Origin: an uncultured Chitinophagaceae bacterium
Lineage (GTDB): Bacteria; Bacteroidota; Bacteroidia; NS11-12g; UBA9320
Length of the DNA: 47,173 bases
Direction: 5' to 3'
Assembly (NCBI GenBank): GCA_964482155.1
Contig: CAYZWM010000002.1
Coordinates: forward strand, 1-47,173
The position numbers were made by a program, and so were the translations under genes. Numbering within the stretch: position 1 is the first letter of the stretch; every line of letters begins with the position of its first letter. The notes under the pieces were generated by a model that had not been told where the DNA came from, searched no databases, and was given only the letters and a program-made list of their open reading frames with translations. This document shows, piece by piece, positions 35,750-45,352 of this stretch.

Positions 35750-36795
35750 GTGGAAACGGCAAAAACCATATTGAAAGACATTCGGGATATCTCTTTGGAG
35801 GAGTTGACCGAAACACTAGTCGAATGGGGTGAAAAACCATTTCGGGCAAAGCAGGTCAATGAATGGCTCTGGAAAAAGAACGCCAGATCGTTTGAGGCCA
35901 TGACCAATATATCAACGTCACTTCGAGAGAAGTTGACCAACCAGTTTAGTTTCCATACGATTCAGGCAGACCTGATCCAGAAGAGCAACGACGGAACCAT
36001 AAAAATTGGATTTCGCACGATGGAAATTTGGTAGAAGGTGTGTTGATTCCCACAGCTAAGCGAATGACGGCCTGTGTATCGAGTCAGGTGGGTTGTAGTT
36101 TGAGTTGTACGTTTTGTGCAACAGGATACCTAAAACGCACTCGGAACCTTAAACACTATGAGGTTTTTGACCAGGTGGCCATTATTAATGAAATGGCGGT
36201 CGAGAATTACAATATCCCCTTGTCAAATATTGTATTTATGGGCATGGGAGAGCCGTTGTTGAATTACAATGAGGTTCTTAAAGGTATTGGCAACATAACA
36301 TCGCCAGAGGGCATGGGAATGTCGCCTAGCCGGATTACATTGAGTACGGCAGGCATTGCCAAAATGATTCGCAAAATGGCCGACGACGGTGTACGCTTTA
36401 ACCTGGCCTTGTCGCTTCATGCGGCCACCAATGAAAAGCGGTCTAAGATCATGCCTATTAACGATTCGAATAGCCTTGAAGACCTGACCGAAGCGTTGAA
36501 CTACTTCTATAAGGAAACCGGGTCGCGAATAACCCTGGAATATTGTGTGATCAGTGATGTGAACGATCAAATCGAAGATGCAAACGAATTGGCGGATTTT
36601 GCGCGAAACATCGTTTGTAAGATTAACCTAATTGAATACAATCCGATCGAAAACGCTGAATATCTGGGTTCGTCGGGGAATAATATTGACCGATTTGCGA
36701 AACATCTGGAGAGCAAACGACTTATTGTCAATGTACGACGAAGTAGAGGCAAAGACATCGATGCGGCATGTGGTCAGTTGGCCAATAAGAACTAA
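35750..36795 (+). pseudogene. rlmN: Radical-SAM 23S rRNA/tRNA adenine-C2 methyltransferase RlmN, reading frame interrupted near 36016-36034
   Basis: The N-terminal part (GTG at 35750; ...KPFRAKQVNEWLW...SNDGTIKIGFRT) ends at TAG 36032-36034. The rest (HDGNLVEGVLIPT...SSQVGCSLSCTFCATG...GKDIDAACGQLA) continues in the -1 frame from ~36016. The two ORFs together make one full-length RlmN. Confidence 0.8.
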
Positions 36796-36975
36796 CTTCT
36801 TTCTGTTCTTATTTCTTTCGTCTCCAAGGTCAACAACTGGGTAATTTCATATTGATTTAAAAAGAGGGTAACCGAATCGAGAGATCATTTTTCCCCATTC
36901 AATGGGAACTGTCGGATCAACCTGTAGCCTCCATAAAATCGTAAAGGAATATAATATTGTACATGTAAGTTGGTG

Positions 36976-37935
36976 CTAGGCTGCACCTACACCCATGCCG
37001 CTTAACTGCTTGAGCATTTCCTTAACCGTTTCTTCTATACCGTAGTCATTATGCCAATTCCAATCGGTTCGAGCCGCAGAATCGTCAATGCTTTGAGGCC
37101 AGCTTTCCGCTATTTTTTGACGTCCGTCAATGTCATAATCAATCCGAAAACCAGGATGTTGCCTCTCAATTTCGTTGGCTAACGTTTTGGGGTCAAAACT
37201 CATACCAGACAGGTTGTACGAACTTCTAATTTTGACCAAATCAGACGATGCTTCAGTAATGTCAATCGTTGCTTTTATAGCGTCGTCCATAAACATCATG
37301 GGCAAGGCTGTATCCTCCTTCAGAAAGCACGTATATTCATTTCTGATCAATGCCTGATGGAAGATGTCGACGGCGTAATCGGTGGTACCACCTCCAGGTA
37401 ATGCCTTCCATCCGATCAAGCCGGGATACCGAATGCTTCGAACGTCTAAATTGAACTTATTGAAATAATATTCACAGAACCGTTCTCCAGCCAGTTTTGA
37501 AATCCCATATATGGTGTTGGGATCCATTACACAGTGCTGTGGTGTATTCATTCTGGGGGTGGTTGGACCAAAAACAGCGATCGAACTTGGCCAAAAAATT
37601 CGTTTAACACCGTGCTCCAAACAAGCATCAAATATGGAGAACATGCCTTCCATATTTAAATCCCATCCCTTTCTGGGGAATTTCTCAGCGGTAGCACTAA
37701 GCATGGCAGCCAGGTGATAAACTACAGTCGGCTTATGGGTGGAAAAAACAGATTTAATGGCTTCTTTGTCCAGTACATTTAGGTTCTCATAAGGGCCAAG
37801 GTCTAGTTTCGATTCATCAGCCGGTTTAATGTCTGAACACACTACATTTAGTTTTCCGTAGACGGATCGCAGTTTAGCGGCAAGGTCTGTTCCAACTTGT
37901 CCTTCTGATCCGAGTATGAGAATTTTTTCTGCCAT
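36976..37935 (-). CDS. NAD-dependent epimerase/dehydratase-fold enzyme, L-threonine 3-dehydrogenase-like (short-chain TDH type)
   Basis: KILILGSEGQVGTDL Rossmann motif. YGISK catalytic Tyr/Lys. The overall pattern is that of the UDP-galactose-4-epimerase-like TDH family. Confidence 0.65.
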   Translation of the reverse strand: MAEKILILGSEGQVGTDLAAKLRSVYGKLNVVCSDIKPADESKLDLGPYENLNVLDKEAIKSVFSTHKPTVVYHLAAMLSATAEKFPRKGWDLNMEGMFSIFDACLEHGVKRIFWPSSIAVFGPTTPRMNTPQHCVMDPNTIYGISKLAGERFCEYYFNKFNLDVRSIRYPGLIGWKALPGGGTTDYAVDIFHQALIRNEYTCFLKEDTALPMMFMDDAIKATIDITEASSDLVKIRSSYNLSGMSFDPKTLANEIERQHPGFRIDYDIDGRQKIAESWPQSIDDSAARTDWNWHNDYGIEETVKEMLKQLSGMGVGAA

Positions 37936-37944
37936 TATTTATGC

Positions 37945-39117
37945 TTAAATCGGGTTCAAAATAAAGGATTTATTTATTATTTTTTGATAAATGATTAATG
38001 TTTTGGAAACCAGACGATCAACGGTAAACTCATCCAATTTTTTGTATGCGTTATTTGCCAGTGTGGCACCTAACTTTTGGTCGTTCAACACCCGAATAAT
38101 GTGTTGCGTTAGGGCTTTAGAATCACCAACAGGGGCCAATAACCCGGTTTCTTCGTGAATAACCATTTCCGGAATTCCTCCAGCATTGGTCGAAATCACA
38201 GGGATATGGTTTGCAAATGCATCTAATACGGTGGTGCCCAGGCCTTCTGTTTTAGATGTAAAGAGTAAGATGTTTATGTTTGGATATACCGCCGGTAAGT
38301 CGTTGCGAAAGCCTGCGAAAATGACATGATCATCAAGTTTAAGTGACGTGCAATAGGTTTTTATCTCTTTCTCCATTGGGCCACTGCCAAAAATGATAAA
38401 TACAATGTTCTTGTCAACCAATAGTATCTGTTTGGCGGTTTCCAGGAAGGTGAAGTAATCTTTTTGTTCAGCCAGAGCAGCCACATTGGCTATGATTCGA
38501 ATTTCTGCACCCAGATTATAGCTGCTTCTCAGATCAATTGGTTCAACATGTTGAAATCGGCTGAGATCGACACCCGAATGGACAGTTTCAAGATGAACAT
38601 GATCTGCTGTAATTTGAGGTTTAATAACGCCTTGTATGGTGTTGGACACGGAGACAATGGCCGTTATCTTAGAATGATTGTATTTAAACCGTGAGAACAT
38701 CGATTTACCAATGGGAAAATCAACGCGTCGACTCAGAACGATTTGTGGGGTATTGCCAAAAATGGATGCCGCCAATACAGCGGTTGTATGCCCGTGTGCA
38801 TCATGAGCATGGATTACATTAATGTTGTCTTTTTTGCAAATTCGAGCTAACCTGGCAGCGGCTAGGAGATCAAACCCAGAACGTTTTTTATAGAGAATTT
38901 TTTCCCCGTCGGTAAGTTTATTTGAAAGGGCACTATTTTTCGGACAGAAAATTTTTGACGATATGCCTTTCTTTTTCAAGCCCTCAAACAAGTAGAACAA
39001 TTGCTGCTCACCTCCCCGCCACGACAGGGGAGAACTAATATGTAACAGACGGATTGTTGAGTTCAATAGGGGGAATTTCTCTGAATGCAAAGTTGCTATA
39101 ATTTTAGCGTTTATCAA
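37945..39117 (-). CDS. Glycosyltransferase family 4 (GT-B fold)
   Basis: LHISSPLSWRGGEQQ N-terminus. C-terminal TSKTEGLGTTVLDAFANHIPVISTNAGGIPEMV (EX7E-type motif). The 5' end is uncertain: TTG at 39117 and no early in-frame ATG. Confidence 0.75.
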   Translation of the reverse strand: MINAKIIATLHSEKFPLLNSTIRLLHISSPLSWRGGEQQLFYLFEGLKKKGISSKIFCPKNSALSNKLTDGEKILYKKRSGFDLLAAARLARICKKDNINVIHAHDAHGHTTAVLAASIFGNTPQIVLSRRVDFPIGKSMFSRFKYNHSKITAIVSVSNTIQGVIKPQITADHVHLETVHSGVDLSRFQHVEPIDLRSSYNLGAEIRIIANVAALAEQKDYFTFLETAKQILLVDKNIVFIIFGSGPMEKEIKTYCTSLKLDDHVIFAGFRNDLPAVYPNINILLFTSKTEGLGTTVLDAFANHIPVISTNAGGIPEMVIHEETGLLAPVGDSKALTQHIIRVLNDQKLGATLANNAYKKLDEFTVDRLVSKTLIIYQKIINKSFILNPI

Positions 39118-39255
39118 CGTAGATTGAAACCACAGATTTTCCGACTAGTGATGAGGATTAAATGACATTACTTAATAAATTTGCCCATCAGTTTGTTGGA
39201 GAGGTTTTAAAGTGGCGGGGTACTGGATTTTTTTGAATACAAATAATTTTTCGAG

Positions 39256-40344
39256 ATGAGAACATATAAGGTGGTTGGCGTTATGTCAGGAACATCCATG
39301 GATGGTCTGGACATTGCACATTGTGATTTGACAGAACAGGAAAACGGGAACTGGACATACAAAATAAACGTCGCTAAAACGGTGGCATATAATGATTTAT
39401 GGAGGCTTAGATTGTCTAAACTGCGTAATCAAAATGCACTAAACGTGTATAAAACGGACCGGTATTTTGGCGAGTATATTGGTGAACTGATCAATGAATT
39501 TTTAGCAGAACATAATCTAGATGCTGACTTAATTGGGTCTCATGGTCATACCATTTTTCATCAACCCGAAAACAATGTGAGTTACCAAATTGGATCTCCA
39601 AGTGCCATATCGGCTGTCACGGATATCCCAACAGTCGCGAACTTTAGAATGATGGACGTTTCTAAATTCGGAGAAGGTGCCCCTATTTCGGGTATTGGAG
39701 ACCGATCGTTATTCGGGGAATTTGATATGTGTCTGAATCTTGGAGGATTTGCCAATATTTCCGGTACAGTAGACGGTAAGCCCATTGCGTACGATATCTG
39801 CCCGTGTAATATTTTGTTAAATAGAATAGCCCGGGAGTTCGGAAAGGAATTTGATGAGGACGGACAAATAGCGGAGCAAGGTTCGATAAATTATGACCTG
39901 CTTTCTGATCTAAACAGCATTGATTATTACAAGTTACCCTATCCAAAATCGCTGGGTCGAGAATGGATCAACGAAAACTTTTGGTTTCGGGTAAGAGAAA
40001 GTGATGCCAGTAAAGAAGACCGAATGAAGACCCTGGTAGACCATGTGGCACAACAGATCGGATCGAACATCGAAGATCTGACTGAAGATTCCAGTACAGC
40101 CCGAGTTTACGTAACTGGTGGTGGAGCCCACAATAAGGTGTTAATTGATCATTTAAGAACGCATACCGACGCAGAGATAATCGTTCCGGAAGCGGATGTA
40201 ATTGAGTATAAAGAAGCCGTCATTTTTGCCTTATTAGGAGTTTTGCGGGTTCAAAACAAAACAAATATATTAAGTTCGTATACAGGAGCCGAAAACGATT
40301 CCGTTGCTGGCGAACTGGCTGGAGATTTCTCCAGACTACTTTAA
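39256..40344 (+). CDS. anmK: Anhydro-N-acetylmuramic acid kinase
   Basis: GVMSGTSMDGLDIA N-terminal motif. NLGGFANIS and VTGGGAHN motifs. Length 362 aa. Confidence 0.85.
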   Translation: MRTYKVVGVMSGTSMDGLDIAHCDLTEQENGNWTYKINVAKTVAYNDLWRLRLSKLRNQNALNVYKTDRYFGEYIGELINEFLAEHNLDADLIGSHGHTIFHQPENNVSYQIGSPSAISAVTDIPTVANFRMMDVSKFGEGAPISGIGDRSLFGEFDMCLNLGGFANISGTVDGKPIAYDICPCNILLNRIAREFGKEFDEDGQIAEQGSINYDLLSDLNSIDYYKLPYPKSLGREWINENFWFRVRESDASKEDRMKTLVDHVAQQIGSNIEDLTEDSSTARVYVTGGGAHNKVLIDHLRTHTDAEIIVPEADVIEYKEAVIFALLGVLRVQNKTNILSSYTGAENDSVAGELAGDFSRLL

Positions 40345-40345
40345 G

Positions 40346-42031
40346 ATGAGAACGCTAAGTTTCTTTTTACTACTTTGTCTGAGCCAATTTTCATTTGGCC
40401 AGAAAGCTACACGAGTATGGCAAGCTACTGGCTTAAGTTTTCCTCATGGCTTTCATTCCATAAGTACACCTGAAGGAATCTTTTTCAATGCCTACCATTC
40501 CAATGCGGGATTTCAACTTTATCGGTTGGATGGTGAAAATCTAAAAAAGGTTACTTCGTTTAAACAAGCACTTAAAAAGAAAGAAATTCCTGAGGCTTTC
40601 CAGGGCGCACAAACCTCTAATTATGAGTGGTTTAATGATAGACTTTACTTTTTTGCATTGGGCAAAGGCGTCGAAACAGGTATTTATTCCTACGACGGTC
40701 ATAAAGTGCGTCTGATCTTTGCGTGCCAACGCATGAGCAATGGTTTTGCACGAGAAGGTAATAAAACGCTTGCAACCCATGTTGGGGTAAAACAGGGTGA
40801 CTCGACACGTTACTTTCATCTCAAAATTGATTCGTACCTTAAAATTAACCGCGTTAAACTTAAACAGAGAGGCATTTGCTCGGAGTTGGTTTGGTTTAAC
40901 GGAACGTACTATGGGACGTTTCAAGGCGTATTAGGGACATTAAAAATGTATCCCACACGAGTCGACTTCAGGCCGGTGCCTTATGGAGAAAGCACCCTGG
41001 ATTATGTGTCGGATTTAACGGTAACTCAAGACCATGTGTGTTTCTTTGCTCAACGAATGTATGGACCCGTTTTGGGGTATGTAAATACGCAAGGAGAGAA
41101 TCGGCTTCATGTACTTCCAGGTAAACGTTCAGGAATGACTATAACGGTTCATCGTGACAATAATATGCCAGGCAATCAGGCTTATTTCATTGTTCACGAT
41201 CAGGATTCGTCGCACTTTATGCGATGGGATGGAAAGACAGCTCCCGTCGTTTTGAAAGCGTTTCCGGCATCTACGGAGATAACGGGATCGGGTGTTTCGC
41301 TTAAACAACATGTGTTCTCACTTTCAAATGGTGGGAAAGCCAACCTGTTTCAGGTTAATGGAAATTCCATTCTAGAGCAGAAAATACGGTACATTGATAA
41401 TCCGAACTACGTGGTGAGCCATAAAGATATTTTGGTGTACCTTGCTAAGGAAAGGAACAAGGAATATCTGTATACGTCTATACCTTTAATGCCTCCTCTG
41501 GTTACGAATTCATCGTATTCCGTTTTTGATTTCTGGCCAAATGGGAGAAATGTTGGTCAGGTCTTAGCTAAAAGCGTAAACAAAGGTAGACTTCGATACA
41601 ACATGGTATCGGGTAACGAAGGCGATGTGTTTCGGGTAAATGAGTATTCGGGAGAAATTGAAGTTTCGGATCATGCTCAACTGAAGTCTTCTGGGCAAAA
41701 TATCTATCATCTGGGCATTGAAGTCGTAGAGAGAAAAGGTGGGTCGTCCTTAGCAATGATCGATATACTTGTCAAATATGCTAGACCGTTTAGCAAGGAT
41801 AATTTAAGGGAGACGTTAATGTTCTTTCCGGATTTTAGTCGGGCACGTACATTAACCACGACCAAACTACCCGACGGTGAAACTGTTATGGTATACGACT
41901 TTGATTTTAAAATGGTCGATATGCTAGAAGTAAACAACAGTACGATTGTCTTAGGGGCATATACCCCAGGCATGTATATACTGAATGTTAAGAATAAGGA
42001 AAATTTATATCAAAAAATAGAATTACAGTAA
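40346..42031 (+). CDS. Secreted protein with cadherin-like repeat and T9SS C-terminal sorting domain
   Basis: I prefer the ATG at 40346 (MRTLSFFLLLCLSQFSFGQ). Cadherin-like segment (RLRYNMVSGNEGDVFRVNEYSGEIEVSD). The C-terminal ~70 aa (...VYDFDFKMV...GMYILNVKNKENLYQKIELQ) are T9SS-CTD-like. Confidence 0.65.
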   Translation: MRTLSFFLLLCLSQFSFGQKATRVWQATGLSFPHGFHSISTPEGIFFNAYHSNAGFQLYRLDGENLKKVTSFKQALKKKEIPEAFQGAQTSNYEWFNDRLYFFALGKGVETGIYSYDGHKVRLIFACQRMSNGFAREGNKTLATHVGVKQGDSTRYFHLKIDSYLKINRVKLKQRGICSELVWFNGTYYGTFQGVLGTLKMYPTRVDFRPVPYGESTLDYVSDLTVTQDHVCFFAQRMYGPVLGYVNTQGENRLHVLPGKRSGMTITVHRDNNMPGNQAYFIVHDQDSSHFMRWDGKTAPVVLKAFPASTEITGSGVSLKQHVFSLSNGGKANLFQVNGNSILEQKIRYIDNPNYVVSHKDILVYLAKERNKEYLYTSIPLMPPLVTNSSYSVFDFWPNGRNVGQVLAKSVNKGRLRYNMVSGNEGDVFRVNEYSGEIEVSDHAQLKSSGQNIYHLGIEVVERKGGSSLAMIDILVKYARPFSKDNLRETLMFFPDFSRARTLTTTKLPDGETVMVYDFDFKMVDMLEVNNSTIVLGAYTPGMYILNVKNKENLYQKIELQ

Positions 42032-43275
42032 TGGATGATTTACTTAGAAAATTTGAAAATAAGAAACCGGAGATCATTTTTGAATGGAATGATGATCAGA
42101 CAGATGCGCGCGGGTGGTTAGTGATAAATTCATTGAAAAATGGATCAGCTGGTGGAGGAACCCGTATGAGAAAAGGGTTAGATGTGAGAGAGGTAGAATC
42201 ATTGGCAAAAACAATGGAAGTTAAGTTTTCCGTGAGTGGCCCTTCTATTGGTGGCGCAAAATCAGGGATCAATTTTGACCCTACAGACCCTAGAAAAAGA
42301 GGTGTTTTGGAGAGATGGTACAAAGCCGTAGCCCCATTACTTAGAACATATTACGGTACAGGTGGAGATATGAATGTGGATCAGAATAACGAAGTGATTC
42401 CAATTTTGGCTGATCTTGGAATATTACACCCACAACAAGGAACCGTAAATGGTTACTTTACGGACTATTCCAACCAGGAGAAACTTCAGGCTGTGGACCG
42501 GTTGAGAGAAGGAATTCTTTTGGAAATGAAAGATGAACGATTTACGCCTTCTTTAGAGCGCAAATACACCATTGGTGATTTGGCTACAGGTTGGGGTGTT
42601 GCAGAAGCTGTAAGACACTATTACGGCATTTGGGGCGGTATGATGGCCCATAAAAGAGCGATCATCCAGGGCTGGGGTAACGTTGCTGCAGCAGCGGCTT
42701 TCTATCTCGCCAAAAATGGAGTTTTGGTGGTAGGAATAATTGATAAAAACGGTGGCCTGATAAAGGAAAACGGATTTACACTTGAAGAAATAACGGACTT
42801 GTTTCTCAACAGGAATGGGAACAAACTAGCCGCTGACAATATGCTCAGTTTCAACGAAGTAAATGAGCGAATTTGGAAGCTAAAATCGGAAATATTTATT
42901 CCTGGTGCTGGATCTCGATTGGTCACTCAACAAAACGTTCAGGACATGGTGGATGGCGGAATGGAAGTAATCAGTTGCGGTGCTAACGTACCGTTTGCCG
43001 ATAAAGAAATCTTTATGGGACCTATTTCTAAATTTGCCGATGAAAACATTGCCGTTATACCTGATTTTATAGCGAATTGTGGGATGGCTCGAGTATTTGC
43101 CTATCTGCAGCTGAAAGATTGTGTGGTTAATGATGTAGACATTTTGATGGATGCATCTACGGTTATCGAAAATGCAATGATTAAAGTGCACCAATTCAAC
43201 AATAAACCAACGGGTATTAGCAAAAAAGCACTTGAGTTAAGTTTAATGTCTCTTGCCAAGACACAGGCTATGTAG
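42031..43275 (+). CDS. Glu/Leu/Phe/Val amino-acid dehydrogenase family protein
   Basis: GGGTRM and the catalytic-Lys motif GPSIGGAKSGINFDP. NAD(P) Rossmann segment IIQGWGNVAAAAAFYL. Its start overlaps the preceding stop (TAATG). Confidence 0.75.
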   Translation: MDDLLRKFENKKPEIIFEWNDDQTDARGWLVINSLKNGSAGGGTRMRKGLDVREVESLAKTMEVKFSVSGPSIGGAKSGINFDPTDPRKRGVLERWYKAVAPLLRTYYGTGGDMNVDQNNEVIPILADLGILHPQQGTVNGYFTDYSNQEKLQAVDRLREGILLEMKDERFTPSLERKYTIGDLATGWGVAEAVRHYYGIWGGMMAHKRAIIQGWGNVAAAAAFYLAKNGVLVVGIIDKNGGLIKENGFTLEEITDLFLNRNGNKLAADNMLSFNEVNERIWKLKSEIFIPGAGSRLVTQQNVQDMVDGGMEVISCGANVPFADKEIFMGPISKFADENIAVIPDFIANCGMARVFAYLQLKDCVVNDVDILMDASTVIENAMIKVHQFNNKPTGISKKALELSLMSLAKTQAM

Positions 43276-43299
43276 CCTCAGAATAATAATAAGTACACC

Positions 43300-44775
43300 T
43301 TGAGACAACGCAGTGCATACGAACCTCTGCTCTATGCCATATTAATTGGTTTTGGGCTGCTGGCTGGATTGTTTTGGAATCGGTTTGTTCATAAAGAAAT
43401 GTTGAACGCCGATACCAAGATAGAACAGGTCATGGGCCTGGTGCAAAGCGAATATGTCGATTCTATATCGACCGATGAGGTTGAGGAAAAAGCGATAACG
43501 GAAATGTTATCATCGTTTGACCCCCATTCCGTATATATACCATCTCAATATGTGGAGATGGCCAATCAGGATCTCAAAGACGGGTTTGATGGAATAGGCA
43601 TTGAGTTTTTTGTTTACAACGATACGCCTTATGTAGTTCGTGTGTTAAGTGGAGGGTCAGCCGAACGTGCAAAGATTCGCCCTGGGGATAGAATACTTAA
43701 AGTGGATACAATTTCTCTTATCGGACACAACAACCGTGAAATTATCGCGGCCATCAAAGGGAAGAAGAACAGTTCCTTTATTGCTCGTATTTATCGGAAG
43801 GCGGAAAATCAATATTTGGACATTGAGATTAAACGGGCCCGGGTAAAGACACCAAGTGTTTATTCTGCTTTGCTTAATGAGTCAACGTTGTATGTAAAAA
43901 TTGCTCATTTCGCCGAAAAAACGCATAAAGAATTTGTTGAACAGGTGAATAACCTGAAAACGGATCAGGTCAAAAATCTGGTGCTCGATTTGCGAAACAA
44001 TCCTGGAGGATATTTACAGACGGCTGTAGAGCTTCTAGACGAGTTTGTGGACGGTAGAGACCTGTTGGCCTATACGAAGTCTAAAGCGAAGAGAGAACGA
44101 CGTTATAATGCGACACCTGGAGGCCTGTGTGAAGACCTTAAGGTAGTCTGCCTGGTTAATGGGCGATCGGCCTCTGCAAGTGAAATTGTTTCAGGTGCAT
44201 TGCAGGATTTGGACCGAGCGACCGTCATCGGTAGTCAAACGTACGGCAAAGGCCTGGTGCAGGAGACGTTTCAATTGCGCGATGGATCTCAGATAAGATT
44301 AACCGTATCTCGCTACTACATTCCATCTGGACGATCAATTCAAAAACCCTACGACGAAAAAGGGTACCAGAAACTGGATTCCGTTGACTTGGCCAAGGTC
44401 AGTAAAGATTTTAGGACAAAGCAGGGCCGCTTGGTTACCAGCTTAGGCGGAATAACACCAGATATTGTCATGGAGTTACCAAGAAGTAATTCATATGTGT
44501 ACGTTGGTACAACAGCAGCCGAATTGATTGACCTTTACCAACCCGAGTGGGTGGTCATGGATGTAACTGAATGGTTGTCGTCTGATCAGATCGATCAGCA
44601 AATAGTAACCCAGTTGGCTGATTCATCTCATTTAGTAAAAAGGCTCAAAATGAGGTTGATCTATCAACTCTTTGGAATGGATGAAGAACGGAAATATGGT
44701 TTTGATTCAGATGACGTCCTCAACAAGGCGTTGGATGAACTTAAAAACCCAACCGTTTTATTGGTCCAACCCTAA
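43300..44775 (+). CDS. Carboxy-terminal processing peptidase (S41) with PDZ domain
   Basis: PDZ segment (GGSAERAKIRPGDRILKVD). LDLRNNPGG. Ser nucleophile motif NGRSASASEIVSGALQD. TYGKGLVQ (catalytic Lys). TTG start preceding a TM anchor. Confidence 0.85.
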   Translation: MRQRSAYEPLLYAILIGFGLLAGLFWNRFVHKEMLNADTKIEQVMGLVQSEYVDSISTDEVEEKAITEMLSSFDPHSVYIPSQYVEMANQDLKDGFDGIGIEFFVYNDTPYVVRVLSGGSAERAKIRPGDRILKVDTISLIGHNNREIIAAIKGKKNSSFIARIYRKAENQYLDIEIKRARVKTPSVYSALLNESTLYVKIAHFAEKTHKEFVEQVNNLKTDQVKNLVLDLRNNPGGYLQTAVELLDEFVDGRDLLAYTKSKAKRERRYNATPGGLCEDLKVVCLVNGRSASASEIVSGALQDLDRATVIGSQTYGKGLVQETFQLRDGSQIRLTVSRYYIPSGRSIQKPYDEKGYQKLDSVDLAKVSKDFRTKQGRLVTSLGGITPDIVMELPRSNSYVYVGTTAAELIDLYQPEWVVMDVTEWLSSDQIDQQIVTQLADSSHLVKRLKMRLIYQLFGMDEERKYGFDSDDVLNKALDELKNPTVLLVQP

Positions 44776-44967
44776 CGCTTTTTTCATAGAATCGAACTTT
44801 TGCTGATCACTTTTAGCAAAGGAATCCGCTTTTTCCATTTCTACTTTTTGTTGCTCTTTGGATAATACGGAGTCGTTTTGTTTAGAGTCTGTGGTGTCAG
44901 AACCTGACTTACAACTGGAAAGTACCGCCAGGCAGAATAGGCAAAGCATGAATATATATTTTTGCAT
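44758..44967 (-). CDS. Small lipoprotein, hypothetical
   Basis: MQKYIFMLCLFCLAVLSSC lipobox, then a polar, K/D/Q/S-rich tail. Its 3' end overlaps the convergent ctp gene by 18 nt. Confidence 0.5.
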   Translation of the reverse strand: MQKYIFMLCLFCLAVLSSCKSGSDTTDSKQNDSVLSKEQQKVEMEKADSFAKSDQQKFDSMKKALGLDQ

Positions 44968-44984
44968 GGTCAAAAATAGGGCAT

Positions 44985-45013
44985 AAAAAAAAGGTATACG
45001 TCGTATACCTTTC
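44985..45013 (-). terminator. Rho-independent terminator of the acidic lipoprotein gene
   Basis: On the minus strand: AAAGGTATAC-GAC-GTATACCTTT followed by a T-run (A-run at 44985-44992 on the plus strand). Confidence 0.65.
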
Positions 45014-45035
45014 CTTTATAAAGTTTTTAGAAGGA

Positions 45036-45278
45036 TTAACCTTCAGTTTCTTCTTTTGCTTCTGGCTCAGCTTCAACCTCAGGAGCTGCATTGTCACTCG
45101 AGTCTGGAGCTTCAACTTCAGGAGTTGGCTCTTCCATAGATTTTTCAGTTTCCATTTTTTCAGCATCAGTGCTGTCCATTTCTTGTTCAGCAGCAGGATC
45201 TTCTGAATTAGCAGCGTTGTTACATGCTACAAACGTGAATAAGGTAAGGATTGCCAATAAAGATAATACTTTTTTCAT
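45036..45278 (-). CDS. Small, highly acidic, low-complexity lipoprotein
   Basis: MKKVLSLLAILTLFTFVAC lipobox. The mature part is rich in E/P/A/D with an imperfect repeat (TPEVEAP / APEVEAEPEA). A -7 box TATATTTG lies at 45313-45320 (minus strand). Confidence 0.55.
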   Translation of the reverse strand: MKKVLSLLAILTLFTFVACNNAANSEDPAAEQEMDSTDAEKMETEKSMEEPTPEVEAPDSSDNAAPEVEAEPEAKEETEG

Positions 45279-45352
45279 TTTTCGAATTTTTAGGTACTTT
45301 TAAAATTGTGGACAAATATAAAAAAATGACCCATATATCACAGAACAACCGA

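Noticed and set aside
44758-44775. An 18-nt overlap of the convergent 3' ends of ctp and the small lipoprotein gene, as a possible antisense regulatory arrangement.
   Set aside because: Short convergent overlaps are common in compact genomes, and nothing else supports regulation.
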